A stretch of DNA of 64,000 bases from Lutimonas sp. (GTDB lineage Bacteria; Bacteroidota; Bacteroidia; Flavobacteriales; Flavobacteriaceae), in assembly GCF_051011215.1 (NCBI RefSeq), contig NZ_JBPCUJ010000110.1:591-64590 (forward strand), read 5' to 3'. Below, one piece after another: positions 36,026-45,704 of the stretch; the first letter of the stretch is position 1, and the number at the start of each line of letters is the position of its first letter. The notes under the pieces were generated by a model, which made no database searches, was not told the DNA's origin, and saw only the letters and a program-made list of their open reading frames with translations. Both the position numbers and the translations under genes were made by a program.

Positions 36026-37342
36026 CTAGAAGGTGTTTTCTATCCTTTCAATTTTGGCTCCTATAGAGCGTAACCTTTCATCGATGTTTTCATAACCTCG
36101 ATCAATCTGGTCAATATTGTGAATAGTACTGGTCCCTTTTGCAGATAAGGCGGCAATTAATAAGGAAATACCTGCCCTGATATCTGGCGAACTCATGGTC
36201 GTCGCTTTCAAGCTGGATTGATGATCCATACCAATTACGGTTGCCCTGTGCGGATCACATAGGATGACTTTCGCACCCATGTCTATTAATTTATCTACAA
36301 AAAACAATCGACTCTCAAACATTTTCTGATGGATTAACACAGATCCTTTAGCCTGTGTTGCAACCACCAGCACTATACTGAGTAAGTCCGGGGTAAATCC
36401 TGGCCATGGTGCATCTGAAACAGTCAAGATAGAACCATCTAAATAACCCTGGATTTCATAACTTTCCTGTGCTGGAATATAAATATCATCATTTTTCTGT
36501 TGAAGGTCAATACCCAATCTTCTAAAAACATTGGGAATCTGTCCTAAATCTTTCCAACTTACATCCTTTATGGTCAACTCTGATTTAGTCATGGCTGCCA
36601 TTCCTATCCAACTGCCAATCTCAATCATATCTGGCAGAATTCTGTGTTCGCAACCACCCAGCTCAGTAACTCCTTGAATGATCAACCTATTAGAACCGAT
36701 ACCATCTATATCAGCCCCCATACTCACCAACATTTTACACAATTGCTGAATATAAGGCTCACAGGCAGCATTGTAGATAATCGTTTCTCCTTTGGCCAAT
36801 ACTGCAGCCATCAATATATTCGCCGTTCCGGTAACGGAAGCTTCATCCAACAACATTTCTGTTCCATGAAGTTCCTCAGCTTCAACACCGTAAAAATATT
36901 CTTCTCGATTATACCTGAAGTTAGCACCAAGCTTCATAAATCCTTCGAAGTGGGTATCCAGTCTTCTTCGACCGATCTTATCGCCACCAGGTCTTGGAAT
37001 ATAGCCTTTTCCAAATCTGGTTAACAAGGGTCCTACAATCATAATAGAACCTCTTAAAGAACTTCCATCCTTTTTAAACTGAAGTGATTCCAAGTAATTT
37101 AAATCAATAGCATCCGCTTGAAATGTATAGGTATTTGGGTCTAGTTTTTCGATCTTTACGCCTAACTCACCAAGTATAAAAATCAACTTATTGACGTCCC
37201 TAATGTCAGGTATATTGCTAATGGTAACTTTCGATGCTGTTAGAAGCGTTGCACAAACGATTTGTAGTGCTTCGTTCTTAGCACCTTGAGGAACAATCTC
37301 ACCTTGCAGGCGATGTCCTCCTTCAATTTTAAATATTGACAT
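36026..37342 (-). CDS. murA: UDP-N-acetylglucosamine 1-carboxyvinyltransferase
   Basis: 438 aa. N-terminal F.I.GG..L.G.I...GAKNEAL and active-site loop PRPGGDKIGRRRLD, with Asp where E. coli has Cys115. Confidence 0.95.
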   Translation of the reverse strand: MSIFKIEGGHRLQGEIVPQGAKNEALQIVCATLLTASKVTISNIPDIRDVNKLIFILGELGVKIEKLDPNTYTFQADAIDLNYLESLQFKKDGSSLRGSIMIVGPLLTRFGKGYIPRPGGDKIGRRRLDTHFEGFMKLGANFRYNREEYFYGVEAEELHGTEMLLDEASVTGTANILMAAVLAKGETIIYNAACEPYIQQLCKMLVSMGADIDGIGSNRLIIQGVTELGGCEHRILPDMIEIGSWIGMAAMTKSELTIKDVSWKDLGQIPNVFRRLGIDLQQKNDDIYIPAQESYEIQGYLDGSILTVSDAPWPGFTPDLLSIVLVVATQAKGSVLIHQKMFESRLFFVDKLIDMGAKVILCDPHRATVIGMDHQSSLKATTMSSPDIRAGISLLIAALSAKGTSTIHNIDQIDRGYENIDERLRSIGAKIERIENTF

Positions 37343-37363
37343 TAGCCGAAATTATTTTAGTAT

Positions 37364-37990
37364 TTATCTTTTTCTGTAATTCTTTTTACCCTGTTTTTGA
37401 TTGCTTTTCTGGTAGTTTTTTGTAGGTTTTTTTCGCAATAAATCCTTTGAATCAGAAAGCTTCTCTTTGTCATTTAGCACCAAGGCACCACCTGATAATT
37501 CGCTCAAATGACTAAAGATGACCTCATCGTCCACGGTGTCTTTATTCCAGTTTAAATAACATTTTTTCATATGATTTGCAATGGTAAACACCAAAGCGTC
37601 CTTCATTTCTCCTTCTTCCCATGAAAGCGCAGTATCAATCATGATTTGAATATTGTTCCCGTAAAATCGGTATTTTGAAGCAGATTTTGGATAATCCATG
37701 GCGCTTGGTTTAGCCTGCAAAACTTCCTTTTCAGGTTTTGGGTAAGGTGTATCAACTTCCAATTCATAATTAGACATGATAAATAGCTGATCCCATAGTT
37801 TATGCTGAAAATCTGGCACATCTCTTAAATGAGGTTGCATATTTCCCATCACATTTACAATGGCCTTCGCCATAGTGTTTCTCACTTCCTTATCTTCCAG
37901 ATTCACGCAATGGTTGACAAGTTTTTGTATATGTCTGCCGTATTCCGGAATGATTAAATGCTCTCTTTCAGAATTATATTCTAAATCCAT
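37364..37990 (-). CDS. DUF4290 family protein
   Basis: 208 aa immediately upstream of murA, the position this family typically occupies in Bacteroidota. The family name is from memory. Confidence 0.55.
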   Translation of the reverse strand: MDLEYNSEREHLIIPEYGRHIQKLVNHCVNLEDKEVRNTMAKAIVNVMGNMQPHLRDVPDFQHKLWDQLFIMSNYELEVDTPYPKPEKEVLQAKPSAMDYPKSASKYRFYGNNIQIMIDTALSWEEGEMKDALVFTIANHMKKCYLNWNKDTVDDEVIFSHLSELSGGALVLNDKEKLSDSKDLLRKKPTKNYQKSNQKQGKKNYRKR

Positions 37991-38073
37991 CCTTTCGATT
38001 CTTTAAATCAAGTGTTAATTAAATTTTTTATAAGCTGCAAAGTAACAATTATTTTGATGACCTCGGCAAGTAA

Positions 38074-40425
38074 TTAACCAATTATCTTCAACTTGGCAAA
38101 TTGCAATAATAACTTCTTTGTATCGCCAGATTCAAAACGGATTTCAGCCTTTTTACTATTTCCTGCGCCTTCCACTGAAAGCACTTCTCCCTGTCCAAAT
38201 TTGGCATGCTCCACCATGTTTCCCTTCACCAGATTGTTGTCGAATAAATTCTGTGATCCTCCAAGGTTACTTACCTTCTTCAGGTTTTTGGGTGGCATCA
38301 CCTTCATAGGTTTCATCGGAGGTTTCTTTATATTCTTCTCCACTTTCCTCGAAACAGGTTTTTTAAACCGTATCTTTTGCTTTTCCGGAATGCCAAAAAT
38401 ATCCTTATTAATAAATTTATTAGAAGTCATTGGTTCTTTCTTAGGCGTGATATAATCGATGAATTTCTCGTCCACCTCTTCTAAAAACCTACTGGGTTCA
38501 CAATCTATCAGTTTGCCCCAGCGATAGCGCGATTGTGCATAAGATAAATAAACTTGTTTTTCAGCCCTGGTCAGCGCAACATAAAACAAACGTCGCTCTT
38601 CCTCTATTTCACTCCTCGTATTCATACTCATGGCGGAAGGAAATAAATTTTCTTCCAGCCCTACAATATAAACATAGGGAAACTCTAATCCTTTGGCCAG
38701 GTGAATCGTCATTAATGACACTCTTGGAACATCATCTTTCTCTTTGTCAAAATCGGTGGCAAGGGCCACATCCTCAAGAAAAAAAGCAAGAGAGGCATCT
38801 TCATCTTTTTGCTTTTGCTCTTCGATAAAATCTTTAACTCCATTCATCAGTTCCTGAACATTTTCAACTCTGGCCACTGACTCAGGTGTACCTTCTGATT
38901 CTATATCTCTGATCAATCTGGTTTTCTTTACTACCAGATCTGCCATCTCAAAGGCGTTTTTCGTTTGGGCCTCGATTTGAAAACTCCTGATCATATCCCT
39001 GAAATTGACGAGTTTGGCGCGAATTCCTGAATTAATATTGATCGTTACCATTTCCAACTGGCTCAGCAACTCAAAAATTGAAATCTTATGTTCATTGGCA
39101 GCGATTACCAATCTATCAATAGTTGTCTGTCCAATTCCTCTGGCCGGATAATTGATCACTCTTTTAAATGCCTCTTCATCACTGGGGTTGACCAGCAAAC
39201 GCAAATAAGCCAAGGTATCTTTAATTTCTTTTCGCTGATAAAAAGACAGTCCTCCATAAATTTTATACTTAATGTTCTTTTTTCTCAGTGCATCTTCAAT
39301 GGCCCTCGATTGGGCATTTGTTCTGTAGAGAACGGTAAAGCTATCATTTGGCAATTGCTTTTGCATCTGATTCTCAAAAATAGAATTGGCAACAAATCGC
39401 CCTTCGTCACCCTCTGAAAAAGTTCTCATCACTTTGATGAGTTCACCCTCATGATTGGATGTCCAGATTTCTTTATCAAGTTTGGTTTTATTCTTGTCAA
39501 TAACGCTATTCGCTGCCTGAACAATCGTACTTGAGGATCTATAATTCTGTTCAAGTTTAAAGATCTTGACATCGTCATAGTCCTTTTGAAAGTTTAAAAT
39601 ATTCTGGATATTGGCCCCTCGAAAAGCATAGATACTCTGACTGTCGTCTCCCACTACACAAATATTTTGGTATCTGTCAGCCAAAGCCCGTACGATGAGG
39701 TATTGGGAATGATTTGTATCCTGATACTCATCCACCAGAATATACCTGAACCGATCCTGATACTTCGCGAGAACTTCCGGAAATCTCGTTAGCAACTCAT
39801 TTGTTCTCAACAATAAATCGTCAAAATCCATCGCTCCAGCTTTAAAGCATCTATCTACATATTCCTTATAAATGGATCCTATCTTTGGCCTGCCGGAAAC
39901 CTTGTCGGCCTCCATGACCTCGGGATTTTGATAATAAGCTCTTACCGTGATTAAACTATTCTTAAACTGTGAGATCCTTCCCAAGACTTGTTTTGGTTTG
40001 TACTTGTCTTTTTCCAGCTGTAATTCTTTAATAATCGAGGAAATCAATCGCACCGAATCCTGGGTGTCATAAATTGTAAAGTTAGACGGATATCCCAGCT
40101 TGTCAGCCTCGCTTCTCAGAATTCGGGCAAACACACTATGAAAGGTCCCCATCCAAAGGTTTTTAGCTTCACTTGGTCCTACAACCCCGGCTATTCTGCT
40201 TTTCATTTCGCGTGCTGCCTTGTTTGTAAAAGTCAATGACAGGATATTAAATGGATCTACACCATTTTGCATCAAATGGGCTATCCTATAGGTCAACACC
40301 CTTGTTTTACCGGAGCCTGCACCTGCTATGATTATCATAGGCCCTTCTCGTTGAAGAACGGCTTCTTTTTGCGCCTCGTTTAACTCATCCAAATAACTAC
40401 TCACTACATCTAGGGTTTTGTTCAA
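38074..40425 (-). CDS. uvrD: UvrD/PcrA-type ATP-dependent DNA helicase
   Basis: Walker A AGAGSGKT, motif II VDEYQDT, and TIHLAKGLEF. The start is a TTG (40423-40425), and there is no in-frame ATG upstream before a stop. Confidence 0.9.
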   Translation of the reverse strand: MNKTLDVVSSYLDELNEAQKEAVLQREGPMIIIAGAGSGKTRVLTYRIAHLMQNGVDPFNILSLTFTNKAAREMKSRIAGVVGPSEAKNLWMGTFHSVFARILRSEADKLGYPSNFTIYDTQDSVRLISSIIKELQLEKDKYKPKQVLGRISQFKNSLITVRAYYQNPEVMEADKVSGRPKIGSIYKEYVDRCFKAGAMDFDDLLLRTNELLTRFPEVLAKYQDRFRYILVDEYQDTNHSQYLIVRALADRYQNICVVGDDSQSIYAFRGANIQNILNFQKDYDDVKIFKLEQNYRSSSTIVQAANSVIDKNKTKLDKEIWTSNHEGELIKVMRTFSEGDEGRFVANSIFENQMQKQLPNDSFTVLYRTNAQSRAIEDALRKKNIKYKIYGGLSFYQRKEIKDTLAYLRLLVNPSDEEAFKRVINYPARGIGQTTIDRLVIAANEHKISIFELLSQLEMVTININSGIRAKLVNFRDMIRSFQIEAQTKNAFEMADLVVKKTRLIRDIESEGTPESVARVENVQELMNGVKDFIEEQKQKDEDASLAFFLEDVALATDFDKEKDDVPRVSLMTIHLAKGLEFPYVYIVGLEENLFPSAMSMNTRSEIEEERRLFYVALTRAEKQVYLSYAQSRYRWGKLIDCEPSRFLEEVDEKFIDYITPKKEPMTSNKFINKDIFGIPEKQKIRFKKPVSRKVEKNIKKPPMKPMKVMPPKNLKKVSNLGGSQNLFDNNLVKGNMVEHAKFGQGEVLSVEGAGNSKKAEIRFESGDTKKLLLQFAKLKIIG

Positions 40426-40473
40426 AAATACAATGGATATTAAACAAGAACAATAAAAGTTATTGACATTTTG

Positions 40474-40505
40474 TCAAAAAAAAACCGCTTAAAAAAGCGG
40501 TTTTT
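40474..40505 (-). terminator. Rho-independent terminator of the OmpA-family gene
   Basis: AAAACCGCTT/AAGCGGTTTT hairpin. On the minus strand it is followed by a T-run of about 10 nt. It lies 17 nt after the stop at 40522. Confidence 0.8.
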
Positions 40506-40521
40506 AAAGATTAAAAATAGT

Positions 40522-42714
40522 TTAATTATTCAGGAAAATCTCAACCCGTCTATTGGCCTGACGTCCTTTACTTGTTTTATTGTCTCCTATTGGTTTTGAA
40601 GAACCATAGCCTTTAGCTTCAATGTTCTCAGCAGGAAAACCATTCTCAATTAAATAGTTTCTTACCGCATCAGCTCTTTTTTGAGACAATTCATTATTGA
40701 TCTTGTCGCTTCCTGTGCTGTCCGTGTGACCTTCAACTACAAATTTTGAAGTATGATATTCCGCCAAAATTTTGTCAATTCCTTCTAAACGAATTTCTGT
40801 TTCATCTGTAAATGTATTTGCACCCGTCGTAAAATAAATTGCTCTTGCCAAATCAGTAATTTCTTTTTGAACCTCAGGTGTTACCAAAGGACAACCAGAA
40901 TTTTCAACTGCACCTGCTACATTCGGACAATTGTCCTGATCATCAGGAACGCCGTCACCATCACTATCAACTACCGGACAACCTCTATTTTCAATCGGGC
41001 CGGCTTCATTCGGACATGCATCTTTTGAATCCATCACACCATCGCCATCTGTATCCGGGCAACCATTAAATTGCTCTAAACCAGCTACCTCAGGACACAT
41101 ATCTTCTTTATCTGGAAAACCATCACCATCGGTATCAGGACAACCATTAAACTTAGCCAGGCCTGCTTCATTCGGACACTTATCTTCAGAATCCTGGATA
41201 CCATCACCATCTGTATCAGGACAGCCATTAAATTGCTCTAAACCAGCAACTTCAGGACACATATCATCTTTATCCTTGACCCCGTCTCCATCAGTATCTT
41301 TACCTTTTAAATTGAAATTTAAGCCCAGCATAAACATTTGGGTTGTCATTTCATAAGCTACTTCTGATCCAGGAATTTTTCCAAGTGGATTCACTGCTGC
41401 ATTCCATGGGCCGCCAAATTCTACCGGAACAGGACTCAATAAATTACCACTTGTTTTACCGTCACTCATACCATAATGATATACAGCATCCATTCTAAAA
41501 TTATCGGTAAATTCATAACTCAAACCAAACTGGAAGGCATGGGCTATAATTGCTGTTGCCGGAGTAGAAAAGAAAGCCAACTCATCTTGAATAGGATTAG
41601 AACTATAGGTATAACCGAAACGTAAAGGTAACCTCTCGATGGCCTTTAATTGAAGACCCGCAGAAACGACTGACATATTTTGCCATCCAAAACCACTAAC
41701 GGCTCCCGTCGGAAATCCTGCTCCGGGACCTGATTCAGCAATCGCCCATCCATAATCTTCAAATCCTTCTGTACTTTCATAATCTACATAGCGATAATCG
41801 ACCGCGATATCTACAATTCCCTTGGAATACCCAAGACCTACAGAATAAATGGCAGGATAATTCATGGTAAAAGCAACATTTGGAGCAGAAGAACCATCCA
41901 AATAATTATTTTTAAAGTCAAATTCACTAAAGTACTGAGGACTCTTGTAAGACGCTCCTATTTTAAAACCATTCAGCGAATCATAGAACAGCCCTATCTG
42001 ACCACCAAAACCTGTTGTTGAAGCAGATTCACTTAAAGGGTAGCCCAAAGTTGGACTTGGAGACGACAATGGATTAGGTTCCAAGATCAATGAGGCATAA
42101 TTAAATGTCGGTTGTAAACCAATGGAGAATTTTTCTGTAAATCGATACGCCCAGGTAAAACCAACCTGCAACAGCATATACTCAGAATGCAAATTTCCGA
42201 AACCCATCAGATTTTGAGGGTATAGAATCGCATTAGAATCAGTAGGATCCCAATTTGGATTTGGCATACCATCTGATCCTACAGGTAAATTGGTTTCCTG
42301 AGGAAAATCAACCCCAAAACCACTTATTCCAAAGGCAGATACACCAAAGGTATGTTTCGAATCCGCCTTTCCCCAGGCAAAAGCCAAGGCCGGCATTGGT
42401 GAGTACCCTAATTCAGACTTATCAGCTCCATAGGTTCCTGGTGCACCTTCGCCCAGCATTCCCGGAGGAAGTGATGATGAGAGTTCAGGAACACCTTCAA
42501 ATGCTCCTATATCAAATTTCAATATCGATCCGTCAAAAACTGACAATGATGCCGGGTTCCATTGCATTGCGCCACTAATATCCAGCGGTTGTGCCGTGGC
42601 AGCGCCACCCATAGACATATTTACCGCACCTACCCCCTGCATAAGATGACCGGTTTGTGCCATAGCCACACTGCTTAGTAGGATTAAAAATAGTTTGATT
42701 GATTTGTGTATCAT
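40522..42714 (-). CDS. Outer-membrane protein: FadL/OMPP1/TodX-like barrel + thrombospondin type-3 repeats + OmpA C-terminal domain
   Basis: Signal peptide. The N-terminal GVGAVNMSMGGAATAQP...NPASL is typical of FadL-family barrels. Followed by repeated CP(D/V)xDxDGDG calcium-binding TSP3 units and a C-terminal OmpA-like peptidoglycan-binding domain (VEGHTDSTGS...NQKLS..RA..V...L). Confidence 0.75.
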   Translation of the reverse strand: MIHKSIKLFLILLSSVAMAQTGHLMQGVGAVNMSMGGAATAQPLDISGAMQWNPASLSVFDGSILKFDIGAFEGVPELSSSLPPGMLGEGAPGTYGADKSELGYSPMPALAFAWGKADSKHTFGVSAFGISGFGVDFPQETNLPVGSDGMPNPNWDPTDSNAILYPQNLMGFGNLHSEYMLLQVGFTWAYRFTEKFSIGLQPTFNYASLILEPNPLSSPSPTLGYPLSESASTTGFGGQIGLFYDSLNGFKIGASYKSPQYFSEFDFKNNYLDGSSAPNVAFTMNYPAIYSVGLGYSKGIVDIAVDYRYVDYESTEGFEDYGWAIAESGPGAGFPTGAVSGFGWQNMSVVSAGLQLKAIERLPLRFGYTYSSNPIQDELAFFSTPATAIIAHAFQFGLSYEFTDNFRMDAVYHYGMSDGKTSGNLLSPVPVEFGGPWNAAVNPLGKIPGSEVAYEMTTQMFMLGLNFNLKGKDTDGDGVKDKDDMCPEVAGLEQFNGCPDTDGDGIQDSEDKCPNEAGLAKFNGCPDTDGDGFPDKEDMCPEVAGLEQFNGCPDTDGDGVMDSKDACPNEAGPIENRGCPVVDSDGDGVPDDQDNCPNVAGAVENSGCPLVTPEVQKEITDLARAIYFTTGANTFTDETEIRLEGIDKILAEYHTSKFVVEGHTDSTGSDKINNELSQKRADAVRNYLIENGFPAENIEAKGYGSSKPIGDNKTSKGRQANRRVEIFLNN
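40882..41301 (-). repeat. In-frame coding repeats (TSP type-3 units), including two near-identical 63-nt copies
   Basis: MCPEVAGLEQFNGCPDTDGDG is encoded twice. Five DxDxDGDG-type units can be read from the translation. Confidence 0.75.
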
Positions 42715-42914
42715 AATGATTAAATTTGTGTCGCTGTATCTAAAAGTTAAATATTTAAAGTGAGTAATAAACGAACCTGTATTTAGATTTTTTGCGCCTG
42801 TTAATTTACACCAAATTTAGTATCATAAGTTACCAATTAATGTGACAATTATCATCTAAACATCGCTTTGTAATTATAGTTACATAAGCTATATTTGAAA
42901 ACAAAAATAAAAAA

Positions 42915-43439
42915 ATGGACCTGACTAAAATTATTGAATTACTCGCTTATACCCTGCCGGCTGTTGTTACCGGATTGGTTGCTGCTTATTTTTTTAAAAG
43001 CCATATGGAAAATGAAAATAAGAGACGTAATTTTCTGCTTAGAAAAGAAAACAACAAACAAGCCTTGCCTCTAAGGTTACAGGCTTTTGAGCGATTAACC
43101 CTCTTTTTAGAACGTATCTCCTTAAACAAACTATTGATCAGAGTCAAGCCTACTGGAAAAGATCCTGAAAAATATAGTCATAAGTTAATTGGAATTGTTG
43201 AACAAGAATTCGAGCACAATCTTGCCCAGCAAATCTATGTTTCTGAAACAGCATGGAAAGCGGTGGTCACATCAAAAAACCTGATTGTAAAAATAATCCG
43301 AACAACTGCAGCTAAAAAAGAGATCGAAACCGCAGAACAACTAAGAGAAGATATCTTGAGTAATCTGGGTAAAAATGACGGTCCTACAAGTGCTGCTATT
43401 TCTTATTTAAAGATTGAAGTTAAAAAAATATTCTCCTAA
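42915..43439 (+). CDS. Hypothetical protein with an N-terminal TM helix
   Basis: 174-aa ORF with an ATG start. A TAtaTTTG box lies about 19 nt upstream. No recognisable motif. Confidence 0.5.
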   Translation: MDLTKIIELLAYTLPAVVTGLVAAYFFKSHMENENKRRNFLLRKENNKQALPLRLQAFERLTLFLERISLNKLLIRVKPTGKDPEKYSHKLIGIVEQEFEHNLAQQIYVSETAWKAVVTSKNLIVKIIRTTAAKKEIETAEQLREDILSNLGKNDGPTSAAISYLKIEVKKIFS

Positions 43440-43450
43440 ACTAAAAACCT

Positions 43451-44224
43451 ATGAACCGCTTGTTACACAAATCCATTCTTAGCATTTTCACAGTTTTATT
43501 TACTGTTTTTGTTTATTCCCAAAGACCTGAAGCTGATACCTTTGAGACCTCCAATGGAGAACTGACCGTTCAACCCGTTCTTCACGGAACACTGGTCCTA
43601 ACCTATAATGATAAAGTGATCTATATAGATCCTTATGGAGGCGCAAATGCCTTTTCCGGAATTGCTGCACCGGATCTTATCATGATCACGGACATCCATG
43701 GTGACCACCTGAACGAAGGGACCTTAGATGCGGTTAAGGCCGAAGGTGTAACAATCATCGCACCTCAGGCAGTTGCTGATAAGATTTCAGAAAAATACAA
43801 AGCGCAGATAAAAATAGTAGGAAATGACGAAAGCATGAAGTTATTTGATATACATATAAAGGCTTTGCCCATGTACAACCTTCCTGAATCGGCAGACGCT
43901 AAACATACAAAAGGCAGAGGAAACGGCTATGTCTTAGAAATGGGAAAGAAAAAAGTATATATCTCAGGTGATACTGCTGGAATTGATGAGATGCGCAATT
44001 TACAGAATATAGATATTGCTTTTGTTTGTATGAACTTACCCTATACTATGGATGTAAATGAGGCAGCCAGTGCGGTTTTAGATTTCAAACCTGCCATTGT
44101 ATATCCGTATCATTACAGAGGAAAACCAGATATGAGCGATACAGAAGTTTTCAGATCTCTGGTCAATAAAAATGACCAAGACATCGAAGTCAGATTGAGA
44201 AACTGGTATCCGGATTACAATTAG
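43451..44224 (+). CDS. Secreted MBL-fold metallo-hydrolase
   Basis: Signal peptide and ITDIHGDHL (the HxHxDH-type metal motif of the beta-lactamase fold). Confidence 0.7.
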   Translation: MNRLLHKSILSIFTVLFTVFVYSQRPEADTFETSNGELTVQPVLHGTLVLTYNDKVIYIDPYGGANAFSGIAAPDLIMITDIHGDHLNEGTLDAVKAEGVTIIAPQAVADKISEKYKAQIKIVGNDESMKLFDIHIKALPMYNLPESADAKHTKGRGNGYVLEMGKKKVYISGDTAGIDEMRNLQNIDIAFVCMNLPYTMDVNEAASAVLDFKPAIVYPYHYRGKPDMSDTEVFRSLVNKNDQDIEVRLRNWYPDYN

Positions 44225-44267
44225 AACGAATTCTGTTTTTCAATAGGAGCTTTAACCAATGGTTTAT

Positions 44268-45629
44268 TTAATGTATTACTCTAATAATATCGTGCCTGGT
44301 AATCATTTGAAAATGCTCAGCACCTAAATCAACAATCACTGCCTGATTATCCTTGTTTATCAAGGCCGAAATCTTTTCAATAGTCACGTTTTTATTGACA
44401 ATTGGATAGGGTTTACTCATAATATCTTTAATGGGCTTATCTGCGATATCCTTGTCCTTAAAATACAGTCTGAATAATTGACTCTCGTCCAAAGATCCTA
44501 CAAAACCATCTGCATCCTTAACAGGCAACTGGGAAATTTCATATTTTCTCATGCGTTCAATGGCATGTGACACCAACTCTTCCGTTTTTACAGAAATCAA
44601 CTCACGCTCACTTTCTCCTCGCAACAAATCTGCCGCAACTTTAATCTTTTCATCCAAAAATCCTCTCTCCCGCATCCAGTCATCATTAAACATTTTACCC
44701 ACATACCTGCTGCCATGGTCATGAAACAAGACTACTACCACGTCATCTGGTTTGAAATGTTTCTTTAGCTGTATCAATCCTTTGATTGCCGAACCTGCTG
44801 AATTGCCGACAAAAATACCTTCTTCCCGAGCCAGTTTTCGAGTATAAACTGCACCATCTTTATCAGTGACCTTCTCAAAGCCATCTATAATATCAAAATC
44901 CACATTCTTCGGCAATATATCTTCACCGATCCCTTCTGTGATATAGGAATAAATCTCATTTTGATCAAAAACGCCGGTCTCATGGTACTTTTTAAATACC
45001 GAACCATAGGTGTCTATACCCCAAATTTTAATATCGGGATTCTTTTCTTTTAAATATTTTCCCACTCCTGAAATCGTTCCTCCCGTTCCGACACCAACAA
45101 CAAAGTGGGTTACCTTACCATCGGTCTGTTCCCAAATCTCAGGTCCGGTACTTTCATAATGTGCCGCAGTATTTGAAAGATTATCATATTGAAGCGCATA
45201 CCATGAATTCGGAGTTTCCTCAGACAATCGTTTAGAAACTGAATAGTAAGATCTTGGATCATCCGGATCAACATGCGTCGGACAAACCACCACTTCTGCT
45301 CCCAAGGCCCTGAGAATATCTATTTTCTCTTTAGATTGTTTGTCGGCAATTACAAAAATGCATTTATAGCCCTTAATGTTAGCTGCTATTGCCAGGCCCA
45401 TTCCGGTATTCCCCGAAGTACCCTCAATAATGGTCCCTCCTGGCTGCAACAATCCTGAAGCCTCTGCATCTTCAATCATCTTTAAAGCCATGCGATCCTT
45501 TACCGAATTACCAGGATTAAATGTTTCAACCTTGGCGAGTACCAGAGCATCTACTTCTTCAACAATGGAATTTAATTTGACCAAAGGAGTATTCCCAATG
45601 GTTGCTAAAATATTTTCTGCATAATTCAT
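44268..45629 (-). CDS. Cystathionine beta-synthase / cysteine synthase family enzyme with a C-terminal CBS domain pair
   Basis: PLP-lysine motif NPGNSVKDR, plus GTSGNTG and GVGTGGTISG. About 130 aa of C-terminal CBS-pair-like sequence. Confidence 0.85.
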   Translation of the reverse strand: MNYAENILATIGNTPLVKLNSIVEEVDALVLAKVETFNPGNSVKDRMALKMIEDAEASGLLQPGGTIIEGTSGNTGMGLAIAANIKGYKCIFVIADKQSKEKIDILRALGAEVVVCPTHVDPDDPRSYYSVSKRLSEETPNSWYALQYDNLSNTAAHYESTGPEIWEQTDGKVTHFVVGVGTGGTISGVGKYLKEKNPDIKIWGIDTYGSVFKKYHETGVFDQNEIYSYITEGIGEDILPKNVDFDIIDGFEKVTDKDGAVYTRKLAREEGIFVGNSAGSAIKGLIQLKKHFKPDDVVVVLFHDHGSRYVGKMFNDDWMRERGFLDEKIKVAADLLRGESERELISVKTEELVSHAIERMRKYEISQLPVKDADGFVGSLDESQLFRLYFKDKDIADKPIKDIMSKPYPIVNKNVTIEKISALINKDNQAVIVDLGAEHFQMITRHDIIRVIH

Positions 45630-45704
45630 GTCGTAAAATTCTTTCGTCTAAAAATAAGAAAATTCAAGGTTCATTGAACGTCACATCGATTTCATTTGTT
45701 GTGT

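Noticed and set aside
40882-41301. Periodic near-identical DNA repeats that could be mistaken for a tandem-repeat or CRISPR-like array
   Set aside because: They are in frame within a long ORF and encode thrombospondin type-3 calcium-binding units. There is no spacer/repeat architecture.
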